Source of the DNA: Nageia nagi
Lineage: Eukaryota > Plantae > Pinophyta
Reading direction: 5' to 3'
Length of the DNA stretch: 64,000 nucleotides
Assembly: GCA_050084985.1 (NCBI GenBank)
Contig: JBITNC010000001.1
Span: forward strand, 169,446,001 to 169,510,000
Of the stretch, positions 38,201 through 53,200 are shown one piece after another; within the stretch, counting starts at the first letter, position 1, and each line of letters starts with the position of its first letter. The notes below the pieces were generated by a model. The model did no database searches and was not told the origin of the DNA. It saw only the letters and a list, made by a program, of their open reading frames with translations. Position numbers and translations under genes: made by a program.

Positions 38201-41200
38201 AAAATGGTGTTAGCTCAAGTCCTCTTGGCTCCTCTCAGCTCTAGAATGCAAAAAAAAAAGAAATGAATGAGCTTTTTGGTGACTTAAACCCCTTTACCTG
38301 TGCCCAAAACAACTAGACGATTTTTTGCCCTTTTTTTTGGGAAGTGCAATTTTTTGCATAATCTAATCGGCCAAAAAATCGGATTTACTCCTGAAATATC
38401 ATCGGCTGATTTTTTCCGAAAAAATAGTAATTTTTTGTTTAAAAAATCGTGAATCGGAATCGGAAAAAATTGGATAAACACTTTTTTGAAAAAAAGCGAA
38501 TCCAATTCGAATCGGGTCGTTTGCTTGACCGATTCTGATTTTATATGATTCCGATTCGATTTTTACAACTACGATTGAAACCCCAAGGTTTATATATTCA
38601 CAAAAAAAAATACTGGCTTACGCACTAACTCTTCGGGAATAGTTCAGTTCAGCATACGAAAGACTAGATGTTAACTCACATTTTTAGGCCTTTGGAGTAT
38701 TTTGCAAGGATCAAAAGTTCTATCGATGTATAAAAAAGAGAGCAATAACGTCAAAAGAAAGCACAAAATGAGAATGATACGAAACAATATTGGTTAAGTT
38801 TCAAAGTGAGTATTACAATGGTGCATTGTCTAAACTATCTTTCTTCCTAATCAATTAAGAGATTTCATTCAAATTCTTCTAATTTGAAAATAATTGACAT
38901 AAGTCCAACTTATTTCCAAATTAGAGTAAAGAGCAAAACTGATTGTCGGTTCTCCTAAGTAGGACTGATTGGCAATCTTATAATCTTAACAAAAGAATAC
39001 ATTCCTGATTTTGTTTCGAATGAAAAGTCTAATTAGATGGCATAGAATGAAAGAACATTCAGATTACAATCATTTAACATGTAAGTTGTGAATAGCAACG
39101 ATCTAGAAATGATTCAAGCACTTTAAAATTTTTTTAACAAAACTTTCCTAAAACTCAAAACTTTTCAAGGAAAAGGTGCAAAAGCATTCAAATCATAAAA
39201 GAAAGGTACAAAGATCCAATCCACAACTCCAAAAGATATTAGATTCACTTTCGTTCAATAGTTCACCACTTTGCATTTACTTGGAAAAAGATTTTTTTAC
39301 AAAAATCTTCAAGTTTGCTTCTCTCTTACAAATGATTCATTCTCCAATAATAAGACCCCTTAGGGTATACTTATAGACTTTTTGAGAGCAACCTAGTGTT
39401 GCCCTAAGTGACACCCATCTTCCCAGATGCCCCAACAAAGAGAACCAACCGTGAAAGATCTCCTCAACCCTGGAGGAAAGTGATATCTCTTAGGAGCAAG
39501 CGGTGGGGACGAGGAAAATGATGGTGAGACAAAAGAGCAGAAGAAGAAAAGCAAGCAGGATGAGCACCAAGGTAAGGAAGTTGCCCTCATTCAATCCACT
39601 CCAATGAAAAAGTCAAGGCAAATAAAAGGAGAGTACTAGTGCAAAGACTTCCTCCCAAACCAGCCATTGAACATCTAGAGCTTGACTTGGACGCCTGCCT
39701 AAGAGCTTTAAGCATGAGCACAACTCATGATGAGGATATTGATCCATATTTGAGGTTTGAGGACGAAGAAGAGGAGCTCTCTGATGGTAAGAAGGTGAGA
39801 AGAGTAGAGACTTATGTTTCTACGAACAGAAAGGAGATCTCCATCAACCATTGTTATTTCAAGTAGAAACGTCCCAAAGGATCGAAAGATTGTTTAATAG
39901 AAACTTTCAAGATGCCCGCAAAGCTAGGCTTGTCAGCAAGTAAGCACATAGTCACCCAAAATGCAGCAGTTATGGAGCAAGAGGGCTATGAGGCCGAGAG
40001 GTGAGGAGATTGAAAAAGGAACTTACAGCTAATAGAAAAATCATAAGGGAGTTCCAAATTGTAAGTACTACTCTTGTTGAGCTTAAAAAGCAAGGATCAT
40101 TCCCTGTAGGTTGGGAGTTAATGAAGGATTCCTTGAAAAGGAGAAGATGGAGACCATTGAGATGCTTGCTCCTCAAATCTATGGCCTTATCGAGGAGGGG
40201 GTTGAGCTAAGAGAATTGAAGTCGTAAATAATGTCCATCCTTGAAAAGCTTGATGGTGTAAAATCTCAAATAATTCTCCATGCAAATATTAGCCAATTAA
40301 TAAGTAATAAAAATCAAATTGGGCCTCTAAGCATGCTATGAATTGATATAGGGCATCAAACATGTACAAAAATGTGCCAGAAACCCCAACGTTGCACTTG
40401 TTGAGCTAGAAAATACCTCAAAAGCTCAATGTGGCAACTAGGGCATCCACAAATCATGCAAAATACACCATAAACAATCCTAGAAACATGATGTCACACC
40501 AAGAGAAGCAAGATATCATCAAACGCATATCACAATGAGATAAGAAATGGAGATCAAGTGTGCCATGACTCAATTAATGAAGAAATGATGGGAACAATAC
40601 AATACCAGGCCCTCATGGCTCAACGTTGGCCTCCAAGGAGCCAACTAGGGCACACCAATATGCGAATCGGATAACTTATGCAGATATGTTGTAGAAGAAC
40701 CACACCCTACCAAATCTGTGGACGCCTCACTGAAGGGCTTCTTCACAAGCTAGCTCTTGGGAAAGAGAACAAGTGCGATTCCGGAATGTAACATCCCCTT
40801 TTGAGTAAAAATAAGTAAATTTGGGATCTTAGGTGTTAGCTTTGTAAATATTTTGTTTTTGCATTATTAGTTACTTGGGATAGAAAAGTAATGGTCCATT
40901 GGACCCAAATTGTGAGCCTAAGAGGGACATTTTCCTCCCAAACTTAGGATGAGTTATTTTATTATTTATTTATGCACTTGGAGATCCTAAAAATGATTGT
41001 GGGAATCCCAAGCCTCATTTAACACCTAGGATGGTATATTAAGCACGAATAATCACTTATGGCCCCAATGTTGGACTTGGGAGCACTTGTACACTTGCGC
41101 TAGCCTCAGGGAGACTCCTAGACTCCCACGTTGGCCCATGATGACACCTAAGCACCCACACAACTCCTAGATCCATGTTAGGCATGTGTGGCACTCTAGA

Positions 41201-44200
41201 TCCCACATGGGCATTTATGACCTTGGGCACACATGATCCCTAGGCACCCATGTTGGGCATTTTGGAGCCTTTAGGACGCTAACGTTGGATTAGAGGAGTT
41301 GGGTGATGACTTCTAGGTGAGATCCAAATCCAGAATGTGTTATATAAGGCATTGGAGCCTCATTGTAGAGATATGTTAATTCTTATATTGAAACCCCTTT
41401 AACTCTTCAGAGCTTCTCAAGTCCTGGCAGCGTCAAGCACCCTTTGGTTGTGTAGACCAGGGAGAGTCTAGGAGGCTTAGAATACCTTTTGACTAGTGGT
41501 TGAGGTGAATGTTCATTCTGTGAGGTTGCCCTAACCTGAGGCGTCCATAGCGGTCTGCACCTTTGAATCCATCTAGTGGCATTCTGGAACTGCATTCATT
41601 CTCTTCGTCAAGAGCTAGCCTGTGAGGAGGCCCTTCAATGTGGCATCCACAGACCTGGTAGAGTGTCGTTCTACAACATATCTGTAGCAATGTACATCTT
41701 TGCACATCAATGTGCCCTAGTTGGCTCCTTGGAGGCCAACGTTGAGCCTTTGTGGGCTTGGTTTGTATTGTACTCATCATTCCATCATTAATTGAGCTGT
41801 GGCACACTTGATCTCCAATTTCTGTCTCATATTTTGTTGTGTTTGGTGATATTTTACTCCTCTTGGTGTGACGTCATAATTTTGGAATTATTTGTGGTGT
41901 ATTTTACATGATACATATATGCCCTAGTGTGACGTTGGCTTGTAGTAGTGATTTCTGGCTAAAATAGTGCAACCTTGGGATTTTTGGTTCATTATTGTGC
42001 ATGTTTGATGCCCTAGATTAGTTCCTGGCATGCTTAGGGGAATATTTTGATATTTATTGCTTGTTGGTTGGCTAATATTTGCGTTGGAGAATTAATTGGG
42101 ATTTTACACGGAATGCCACTGGATGGATTCAAAGATGCTGACCACTATGGACGCCTCAGGGTAGGGAAACCTAACAGCATGAACAATCACTTCAACTACT
42201 AGTCAGAAGGTGTTCAAAGCTTCCTGGAATCTCCTTGGTCTACACGTCGAAGGGTGCTTGATGTTGCTAAGTCTTTGGTAATTCTAAAGAGAAGAAGGGT
42301 TTTCAATATAATAATCAACATATCTTTGTAATGGTGCTCCAATGTCTTTTATAACATCACTGAAGCTAGATCTCACCTAGAATGTGAGGATCCAAACTTA
42401 CCCTCAATCAAAAGCAAACAGTATTAGGGTTTCTACAACCCTCAAACACCAAACGACCACATCACAATGCAAGAACAACCCAAACGATTGCCCTCTAGGG
42501 CACACAAACACCTTAACACTCCAACATGGGCCTCCCAGGCTTCCCGAACAACACAACACCAAACAAGGATCACACAATGCTGACATCAGCCCCTAGGGCT
42601 TCCCCAACACACTAAGAACCCTACAAATACCTTACAACAAGAATGCACAACATAAGAATGCCAACAATGGGTATACACAACAATATGATACCAATATGAA
42701 GCTTCCAACACCAATATATCAAACACATGGAACATACAATGGAACAACACAGCAATGTGGGACACAATGAGCTATCTTTTATTATGAGAGACAATGAATA
42801 TACAATGGAGGTACACCAACAGATCTAGGGTTCCAAACCCTCAAAAAGCCAAACACAAAATAGGATTAGACTTACTTAGCAATCGGAATCCCCTCCTGGG
42901 AAGGAGTCTCCTCGAATCCTGGCAACCATTGAAGGTAGAAGCTCGTCCTCGGAATTCCACTGGATGGGCTAGGTGACCCAACCTTGCCACTCCTTTAGAC
43001 GTTGTCTAGGAATAGTAACTCAGCATCGCTAAGACTTTGTTACCCAATTGGGTTTGGTATAGAAAGTATATGATAAGTGGTAGCCTCATAATGGGGGCTC
43101 ATCCCCTATATATAGTCTTTCCTAGATCTCACCTAGGAATCATGCGCATGCCTCTATATTCCCATGTTGCCTAGGGATACCCGTAATCACAAGATCAACG
43201 GTTAGATATGCAATGCCTTGGAATTATGCACTACAACTTAGACAAGCAATCCCATTCTTATTGCTACATGCATTGAATACACAACACAACATACTCATCT
43301 CCCAAGGAGTGGGACGCCACATTCCAAGGAGTCAATATGGGTCTGTTCATAGAATTACGTGGGCGGCCCAAAGTGGAAGATTGGTCCGGTGCGAACTTCA
43401 AGAGACCATAACTCCTTCGTTTCTTGATGAAACCATGTTGTGTGACCTGTCAAAACGTTTCCCACGAGATGCCCTATCCAAAGAACCAATCATATCAACT
43501 AACCAAGACCTGTGGTGAACTCTACCTTCTAAAAGGGGATGTTACAGGGATTCCCACAATCCGGGATTACCCATACACACAACACTACATTGGGATTCCC
43601 CCAATCTGGGATTATCCATACAAATAACACAACATGACTACTCAAGGTGAGACGTACCATTTCTGGGCTCATAATGGGGTCCACAGACCATAAGCTTCTA
43701 CTTGAGTTAAACATATACAACATGAATATAAACAACACCTAGAATACAAATAGGTCATGATACAATTGATCATTGGCTCAAATGGGATGTCACAAAGCCT
43801 CCCCTCCTAGGATTGCTTGCCCTCAAGCAACTACAATACAATCCAGGATCCCAAAGCCACCTCAGAGAATAGAACCCATCATGCTCCAAGGGTGCCAAGA
43901 CAACATCACCACGTAGAGACACAACATTCCAAGTGTCCATTGAAACCACATCAAGATCAGCAAACTCAGCTTCAAGGGTGTGCTCAATAGCCTTCAAAAA
44001 ACGAGCATGCAATGACTCATCATCAGTCCTTAAGACTCCCCAATCGATGTGCAAACATGTGCTCATAGTTTCCAACATCGAGTCTTCAATGGTGTCTAAG
44101 AATGCCATCAAATCAAAGCTAAAAATCCTCAAACCATCATCATGACACACAGTAACAGTGTGTCTACTAACAGTAATCAAAGAGACATCAATCTCAATTC

Positions 44201-47200
44201 TCAAGTCATGAGAGACAACTCTTGAATCAAGACATGCAAAGACGGTCCCATGAGTCATCGAAACAACCCTCTTCTCCATCATAAACTCTGTCATCACACT
44301 GCCCTCAAGAAGTGGCATGAATACAATCCCAAAATCTGTAGGGTATGCAGTCCATGAAGTCTTCAATGATGTGTTAACAACAGCACCTAATTCAATTGCT
44401 GCGAATGCAACAACAGCTCCTCAGCAAGTGGCAGATGTGACCACATATGTAGTCCAATCAAACACAGTCAACATGTGACCAAGTGCAACTTTTAAGACAT
44501 GAATGGAATCCTCCGGGAATGCCCTCATTGTCCCTGTATCAATATCAGCCAACACACTAAAATGTGCAGCCCATAGTAAACGATTGGCGGCCCTCAAACT
44601 ATCGCAAGATGATGCATCAACAACCCCCTTTACCTTGGTCACCAATACAGTTCCAAGCGCAGCCCCAAGAGTGTCAACAAACTTAGCCTTCCCTATGTGA
44701 ACAACTACTTCAAATTCATCGAATGCATCAGTCCCATGTATGACAACATTAGTGTTTGCTCCTCCTCTTGCAACAATCTTAACATCATCAAATGCAGCCC
44801 ATAATGAGTGGACAACAACACTCAATGCAACTTTGACTTTATCAGTCAACATACCATCATATGTAGCCCTTATCATCATGTCAATTGTGATCGGAAACAC
44901 TATAACAATAGTCTTCCCAACAATGATAGCTAATGATACCGTTATCACTCTCATTATGACATTGTCAAAGCCCTTGTCGTTCAAAGTGAATCTGACATCA
45001 ACAAGGCTGAATGGACAGACCATGCATACCTCTAACACCTCATGTGATCATTTGGAACACAACGTTCCATACTCACAGCTGCAAGTATCTCCTTGCAGAC
45101 TGAAACTATAAGCGGGAATCCTCCAATGGATGTGCTAGTGATGTAGCTATCAACAATCTCTCTTCTTTCTGTATGCAATTGTTCATGCCAAGGACAAGAT
45201 TAGTGATCAACAAAGCTGTATTGAAGAACAAGTCATACCTCCCCAAAGCAAGAAGCTCATTCTCCAAGCTAGGATCACTATGGATCCATCTTGCCCAATC
45301 TCTCCAAGAGTCTAGACTCATGTGTCTCTCCGATGCTCAATGTGGGGTGTCCTACTCTCTCGTAGCTTAACGTGACATACCTCACCTCCTTAAGGTCTGA
45401 CGTGAGGTGTCCAAGTCTCCCAAAGCTCCATGTGAGATGTTTTATTACTCCTATCTCAAATGTTGGGTATCTAAGACCCTAAAGACTCTCCATATCATCT
45501 TCTGCTCCTCCCTCATCCAATGTGGTTCCCATAAGCTTACTGAGGCTCAACATTGCCAACTTCATCTACTCCGATCCCGAAGGGGGGTGCCCAAGCCTCT
45601 AAGGGCTCAACATGGGCTCCTTAAGCCTTTCCAACTCTATTGGGGGTCCTCAAGCCTCCAAAGGCTCAATGTGGGTTCCCTAAGATCCTTCAGCTCTGTC
45701 ATAGGGCCTTCAAGCTTCCAAGGGCTCAACGTGGCAAGTGCTAGCTCCTCCGAACTCAAGGTAGGGTGATTAGCCACTTCTTCCTCCAACGTGGGATGCC
45801 TAGGCCTCCTCACACTCAACTTAGACCATGATGGTTCCTTCAATTCAACCGTCCACACTCCATGCTCCTCAAACTGCAATGAAGGACATAGGATTTCATC
45901 CAACCTTGACGTACCCCCTCCAAGCTCCCCGGAATGCAACGTGGGTGTGGGGACTCCTCCATGACAAACGTGGCCCCTCCTGGCTCCTCAGGCTACAACG
46001 TGGCCTCTCCTTCTGTCTTCTTCTGATCCAAGGCATCATCCTCAAACACATCCAGATATTGATCCAAGATTCCTTGGATCTCAGATGGATGCTTCTTGGC
46101 CTCCCCAGTGTCCAATGTGGGACCTCCTATGGCCAATGTGAAGACGCAGGCCCCCTCAATAGCACCCTTTCGGATTGTAGCATCCATATTCTTCGTTGAG
46201 ATTACTTCCATGATTGCTTCTAGTTTGTGGCTTGCGGCACTGGATTGGGGTTCTTTCTCTCATTCGGCCTCCTTCATATCCAAGGCTGTGTCATCCTTGA
46301 AACCTTCCTCTAGATCGGCCTTCTCCTTCAGATCCAGGGCTGCGTCCTCCTTGCAACCCGCCTTTGGATCGGATGTTGGGATTGGGCTGGTCCCTATCTC
46401 TCCAACGATGCTTCCAACCCATGCATCCACCCTCTACCCTAGCAACTCTTGGTACACATGAAAGGTGACGTCCCTTTGGAACTCCTCGGCCATGCTACGA
46501 TAGATTTGGAGCAAGATCTCAATACATGGTGGTGTTTTGTGCGTCGGATTTGGCCTTGGCAATTGCGGTCTCCATCTCTTCTTACTCATCCTTTCCACAT
46601 GCCTTTTGCCCAAGTACCAGATGAGCTTCTCCCTCTCCACTATTGGAATCTTCTTTTCTTCGAACCTCTGAAGCAAATGGCGGAAAACCTTCGGATCGTA
46701 GTCCAACTTCTTTGCTGTGACTGTAGATCGGCCTTCCATCCCCTCAGGCTGGCAAGATCTAGGCTTTGATACCACTTGTGAGGATCTAAAATTACCCTTA
46801 ATAAAAAATAGTACTAGGGTTTCTGTGACCCTCAAACACCAAACGGCCACACCACCACAATGCAAGAACAACCCCAACGATTGCCCTTTAGGGCACACAA
46901 ACACCTCAACACTCCAACGTGGGCCTCCTAAGCTTCCCAAACAACACACAACACCAAACAAGGATCACACAATGCTGACATTAGCCCTTAGGGCTTCCCC
47001 AAAACACTACGAACCCTACAAATAGCTTACAACAACAATGCACAACACAAGAATGCCAACGATGGGTATACACAACAATATGATACCAGTATGAAGCTTC
47101 CAACACTAATATATCAAACACATGGAACATACAATGGAACAACACAACAATGTGGGACACAATGAGCTATCTTTTATTATGAGAGACAATGAATATACAA

Positions 47201-50200
47201 TGGAGGTACACCAACAGATCTAGGGTTCCAAACCCTCAACAAGCCGAACACACAATAGGATTAGACTGACTTCCTTAGCAATCGGAATCCCCTCCTGCAA
47301 AGGAGTCTTCTCGAATCCTGGCAACCAATGAAGGTAGAAGCTCGTCCTTGGAATTCCACTAGATGGGCTAGGTGATCCATCTAAGCTGTAGAATGTCAAG
47401 CTCCCAACCTTGCCACTCCACTAGACGCCGTCTAGGAATAGTTACTCAACATCACTAAGACTTTTTTGCCCGATCGGGTCTGGTATAGAAAGTATATGAT
47501 AAGTGGTAACCTCATAATGGGGGCTCATCCTCTATATATAGTCTCCCCTAGATCTCACCTAGGAATCATGTGCATGCCTTTGTATTCCCATGTTGCCTAG
47601 GGATACCCGTAATCACAAGATCCAATGGTTAGATATGCAATGCCTTGGAATCATGCACTACAACTTAGACAAGCAGTCCCATTCTTATTGCTACATGCAT
47701 TGAATGCACAACACAACATACTCATCTCCCAAGGAGTGGGACGTCACATTCCAAGGAGTCACTATGGGGCTATTCATAGATTTCCAGGGGCGGCCACAAA
47801 GTGGAAGACTGGTCCAACTGGCGAACATCAGGAGACCATAACTCCTTTGTTTCTTGATGAAACCATGTCGTGTGACTTGTCAAAATGTTTCCCACAAGAT
47901 GCCCTATCCAAAGAACCAATCATATCAACTCACCAAGACTTGTGGCGAACTCTACCTTCTAAAAGGGGATGTTATAGGGATTCCCACAATCTGGGATTAC
48001 CCATACACACAACACTACATTGGGATTCACACAATCTAGGATTACCCATACACATAACACATCATTACTCAAGGGGAGATGTCCCATTTCTTGGCTCACG
48101 GTGGGGTCCATAGACCATAAGCTCCTGCTTGAGTTACACATATACAACATGAACATGAACAACACCTAGAATACAAAGAGGCCATGATACAATTGATCAT
48201 TGGCTCAAATGGGACGTCACATAGAAGTCATCACTTAGTCTCTCCAATCCAACGCTAGCCTCCTAGAGGCTCCAAAATGCCCAGTGTGGGTGCCTAGGGA
48301 TCATGCATGCCCAACGTGGGTCTCTAGGGGTCTTACATGCCCCACATGGGTCCTCATGCTCAACGTGGGTGTCTTGGAAGTCATACATGCCAACTTGGGG
48401 TCTAGGAGTCATGTGTGGGTGTCTTTGTGTCATCAAGGGCCAACATGGGCATCTAGGAGTCTCCCAAGGCTGGCACAAGCATACAAGTTTAATAATGCTC
48501 CCCAAATCCAACTTGGGGTTAGGGGTGACTATCCATGCTTACTATGCCATCTTTAGGTGTTACATAAAACTTGGGATTCTCCAAATCAATTTTAGGATCT
48601 CCAAGTGCATAAATAAATAATAAAATAACTCATCCTAAGCTTGGGAGGAAAACTTCCCTCTTTGGGGCTCACAATGTGGGTTTGATGGACCATTATATTT
48701 CTATCCCAAGTAACTAATAATGCAAAAATAAAATATTTACAAAGAGAACACCTAGGATCCCAAATTTACTTAATTTTGCTCAAAAATGGGTGTTATAGAT
48801 GGTTATCCCCTACCATTACTAAGCTGGAACTTACCTTTGCTGATAGAGTTAAGAAACTAGTCTACTGCGACAAATTTATGTACTAACACGATTGGCTGAA
48901 GCATGCATTGGACAAGTGCCAAGCGGTGCTTAAAGCCAGGATACACATGAGGATGTAGGTTGAGGAGCAAATGAGATAGTATTTATACCAGTTGAAGTTC
49001 CAGAGGGAAGATAGTAATGTGCGGAAGAAGGAAGCTATCTTGGCAGAGGCATAGAATCTCATTAAGGAGCATCTTGAGGTTGAAGACCTCAATCTTCAAA
49101 AGGTGGGTAGACCTATTCATCATGAGAGACAAATGGTCATCAAGAGGTTTCAAATGCAAGCTACATCTCGACAAATTGAGGAATTTTACAAGCAAAATGG
49201 CAACGTCTTGAGTATGATTAACAGAGGAGTGCCAGATCAAATCTGCCCTAGATTTAATTCACATGCAGATTCTGTCTACAACAATCTTTTCATTGTTTAA
49301 TGCATATTGGTGATGGTTCTCAGACTCTTTATTTGATTTGACCGGTGTAGGGATGAGTATTTGCTCCTACCAGATCAAATCTGTCAGACTTATTTATGGA
49401 TCTAACCAGTGCAGGGATGAGGTTTTGCTCTTGCTGTTTCAGATGTCAAACATTATTAGCATATCTGATTTTATTTTGCATAGTTTAGAGATAGATTAGA
49501 TGTTTGTGGCGGTGACATTTATGTTTTGACAGTTTTTAGATGCCACTTGCATAGATATGTGTGTTGTAATATGATTTTGTATTGGTATGCATGTTGCATG
49601 TGACTGTGAAGCATGCCATATCAGATTTGATGCCTTTAGCGCAACATTGCATTTATTGCAACTACTTTTGATGGGCTATTTATACCTCATTCATGCCATT
49701 CCAAAGGAGATTTTGCATATTGAATTTTTGCATACTGAGATATTGCAAGATTTGGCATATGGGACTTTGCATATTGAGATATTGTATGTTGAGAATCTTG
49801 CATATTGATTTTGCAATTTCAAAGATTGAAATACTCATGTTTTGTTATCGAATATATCTTGCAAAGTGGATTTCTTTCTAGGATGATGCTCTAAAAGAAA
49901 TGCTATGAAATTTGTCATTCCTGGGATCGTGCATGCTATCTTGTAAGAATTTCTTGCTATTTTGAATGATTTTTACTATTTAAGTGCATTATCTTTGAAA
50001 ACTAAGAGTTTTAAGAGAAGAAGGTTGAATATCTTGTGAAGTGGTTTAAGTTATTTATTCCATTATTTGCACATAAGTGAATGTATTCTATGGTGTATAG
50101 CTTATCTTTATGTCATTCAAGTAGAATACATGTATTCATATGTTCATCATTTCCGTTCATCTTCATTTCCATCGAGTCTTCCATCATAGACCCTACAGCT

Positions 50201-53200
50201 TCCTGCACTTTTCTAGTAGCAACTTGAGCTTTGCTATTTGTTGCTAGGCTTAATAAGTGAATACGTCCTTCTTAAGGAATCCGAAGATGACCAGCTGAGA
50301 CATTGCATCATTGGTGATAGTTTCAAATGCTCATTTTCACATTCCTATGCACTTATCCCTACATTTGTGATCTTTCTTCGCTCTCGTTCACACTTGCAAC
50401 CTTTCCTCATTTTTTTCTTATTTCTATAAAGAGTTAGTCAGCGAGTCTCAATTATATACAATTGAACAACATTCATCTTTGACCATTGTGCTCGAGTCCA
50501 TATTCCATGTGAGTGCTTGGGGTACACAGTCCTTTTAGGAGGAAACAAGTAATGTTGTTTTCTCTACGTTTTATGCATGTTTTTGGGAAGAAAGAAAAAC
50601 ATACCAACAACGCATAGCTTTGGTGATAGAAGAGCAAAGACACAGATCCTGTGCCACGCTGCCTATGGTTTACAAGGGCCACCTAAAGAGGTTGCCACCC
50701 CTAGATCCGAATGGAGTCCCAAGCATAGAGTTCTACTTTATTGATCATTTGTACTTGCCAAGGATAAGTAGTTACACTAGTTTCAAATCACTACACATGA
50801 TGGCCTCTGGGTGACGTAAATTTAGCTTCTCGTAAAACCTCCTCCCTCATGATCTTCTCACTTCCCTTCTCCGTTTTCATCTCAACGACTCCCCTCGATA
50901 GCTCCCTTCACCACTTCCAACACAAAGCTATTTCCACAACGATGTGAAGCTATGGATGGATCTTTCGAAACTCCACCATTAGGGTTTTAGTTGATTGAAT
51001 TTGGGGCCACCCATGCTCTTGCAAGTGGCCCCTTGATTAGCTCTTATAATTTTATTATTGATGCATTTTTTATTACTGTTTTTTTGATAGATTAAAAAAA
51101 ATGGGTTTTTTAGATAGGGCCTCAAATGTGAATCTACCAATGTAGCTGTGGGGAAGATATCAAGTATGAAAAAAGAAATAAATAACAAAGAGACATTTTG
51201 ATATTCCGGTGCAGTTGAATGGATCTTCGAGGGTTTAACCTTCTATTGATTTTCAACAGCTCGTTGGCTATAATAGAGTAAAATTGAGTCTTTATCTCCA
51301 TATCCAAGTCCTTTGTTTAAGTGTGCCAAATGATGTCCTTGGAACTTTCGGATATCTATTTTGGGGAGCTTCACTTCTCTATCAAATTTTCCCTCCATAG
51401 TGCTATTGATTTTACCCTTAATAGTGCAAAGGTTAGCTATTAGGTAGACATCCTAATTTTCCTATGATAGTTTGGTGTAGCATTTGCAATTCTAGATGGA
51501 TCTCATTGGAATTGTCATGGCATTTGGAACTTTGATCTCAAGGATCATCTCATTATGAAAGGTGCTCAAATCGGATTCTCTATAGTATGAATTATGTTTC
51601 TTTTGATCAAATCTTCCTTCAACAACACCTACTAAGGTTTTAACAATGTGGTGAGTCTCTAGAGTGAATTCGAGATTTTTAGAACACCATCCATCATCGA
51701 TGATCATTGCAAAGTTTATTTGGGGAAGTCTTCGTAGATTGTCCATAGCCTCTATCTCACGAGCCTCTACTTATGCGAATACTTGCTAAAATGGTTTTCA
51801 TTAGCACCTTCTCAGGCCCGCCATGAATTCAAGCCTTAGCTCGATCATTGCTAATTTGAGTAATAATATTAAAACTAATTTTCCATTTGGCATTTGCTAA
51901 TAATGATTTTTTCCAGGTATCAAAGCCTTTGGTGAGAGTTCTCCATCTTGTTGATTGTGAAAAATCACAAATGAGTTGTATGTATGATACCATCGATAGG
52001 GCAAAAGACGGAATTGCCTATTTTTATAACCATAAAAGGCCTAAATACAAACCCATTTGGGACATCATTGATCAGTGTTGGACATCTTAGCTTCATAGCT
52101 CTCTTCATGCAACGACATACTACCTTAACCCCATATTCTTTTTTGGGAATGGTGTTTGTTTCGACTACGAGGTGATGGTAGGCTTTAGAATATGTATTGA
52201 GCACATAAAAAGTGATCTAGATGTCTATTCAAAGATACAAGCTGGGATTCAATCCTATAAGAGAGGTGAGGGCATCTTTCTCAAATCCCCGTGAATGCAT
52301 TAAATCATGAATAACTTTGAGGCTAGGTAATTTATTTAATCATTTAATTTTGTTTCCAAAAATAGTCTGAATTCAAAATTTTGGTGTGATGTATTGATTC
52401 TTTTTTTCTTGGCTTTTTCTAGATTAATGGTGGGAGGAACTTGGGGCATATACGCCTAACCTACAATACTTTGCAATCAGAATTTATGTCAGCCATGCAA
52501 TGCTTCAAGTTGTGAGTGCAACTAGTGTTTTTGACCACATCAAGAAGAGGAACAAATCAACACAAAAAAATGAATGATCTTGTGTTTGTGCAGTACAACC
52601 TATGCCTCGACCATAAACAAATAACAAGAATTGATTATGAGGTCATTGACTTACACTAGATTGATTCACCCTTTGAATGGATCACGAATCTCAAGGAGCA
52701 ACAGGCTCAACAACCAATAGAAGATTCTATCTTCCCCTTAGAAGATCTTGAAAACCTAGCAGAGGAATTAGCAGCAAAGGAATAGGAAGAGCAAAGGGCA
52801 TAATGATCGACATCCTAAAGAGAAATTAGAGTTTACACTAGGTCGTAGGGCGAATTAGTTGGTAGATTTTGAATTTGAGATATTGTATTTGATATTTGTA
52901 TTTTGTCATGGCTCATGATCACATTTTGTACTGTAATTCGTTTAGTTATGAAGTTTTAATCAATACAAGAGAAAATATGCCCCTTCCTTTAGTTAATTTT
53001 TAATTTGTATAATGCTAAATGTTGAATAATTGTGTTACAGGATACTAAGTAATATGCATGTAGAAATTTCTGTTTTCAATGAAAAATTTCATTCTTTTTT
53101 TGGCTGAATTTGTGCTTAATCTTTTCAAATGTTTTTCCGAATCTTGAGTGGAACTTGTCGATTTCGAGTTTCTCTACTATGAAGTAAACCATGTTCTTAG

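Larger units (their letters stand above)
40257..48797 (-). mobile_element. Solo LTR F (about 1.37 kb net) hosting two nested insertions
   Basis: TG...TA ends (CA decayed); TSD GATGG (40252-40256, 48798-48802); its pieces are the reverse complement of solo LTR E. Confidence 0.88.
39409..50471 (+). mobile_element. Element H: partial LTR-like element with decayed coiled-coil ORF, interrupted at 40257-48797
   Basis: Charged coding-like sequence (RRLKKELTANRKIIRE) on both sides of the GATGG TSD; ends ...GAACAACA; left end and own TSD not found. Confidence 0.5.

Noticed and set aside
50472-51880. Possible LINE ORF1 remnants (also 1330-1960 and 58760-58930)
   Set aside because: Too decayed to assign without a profile search.
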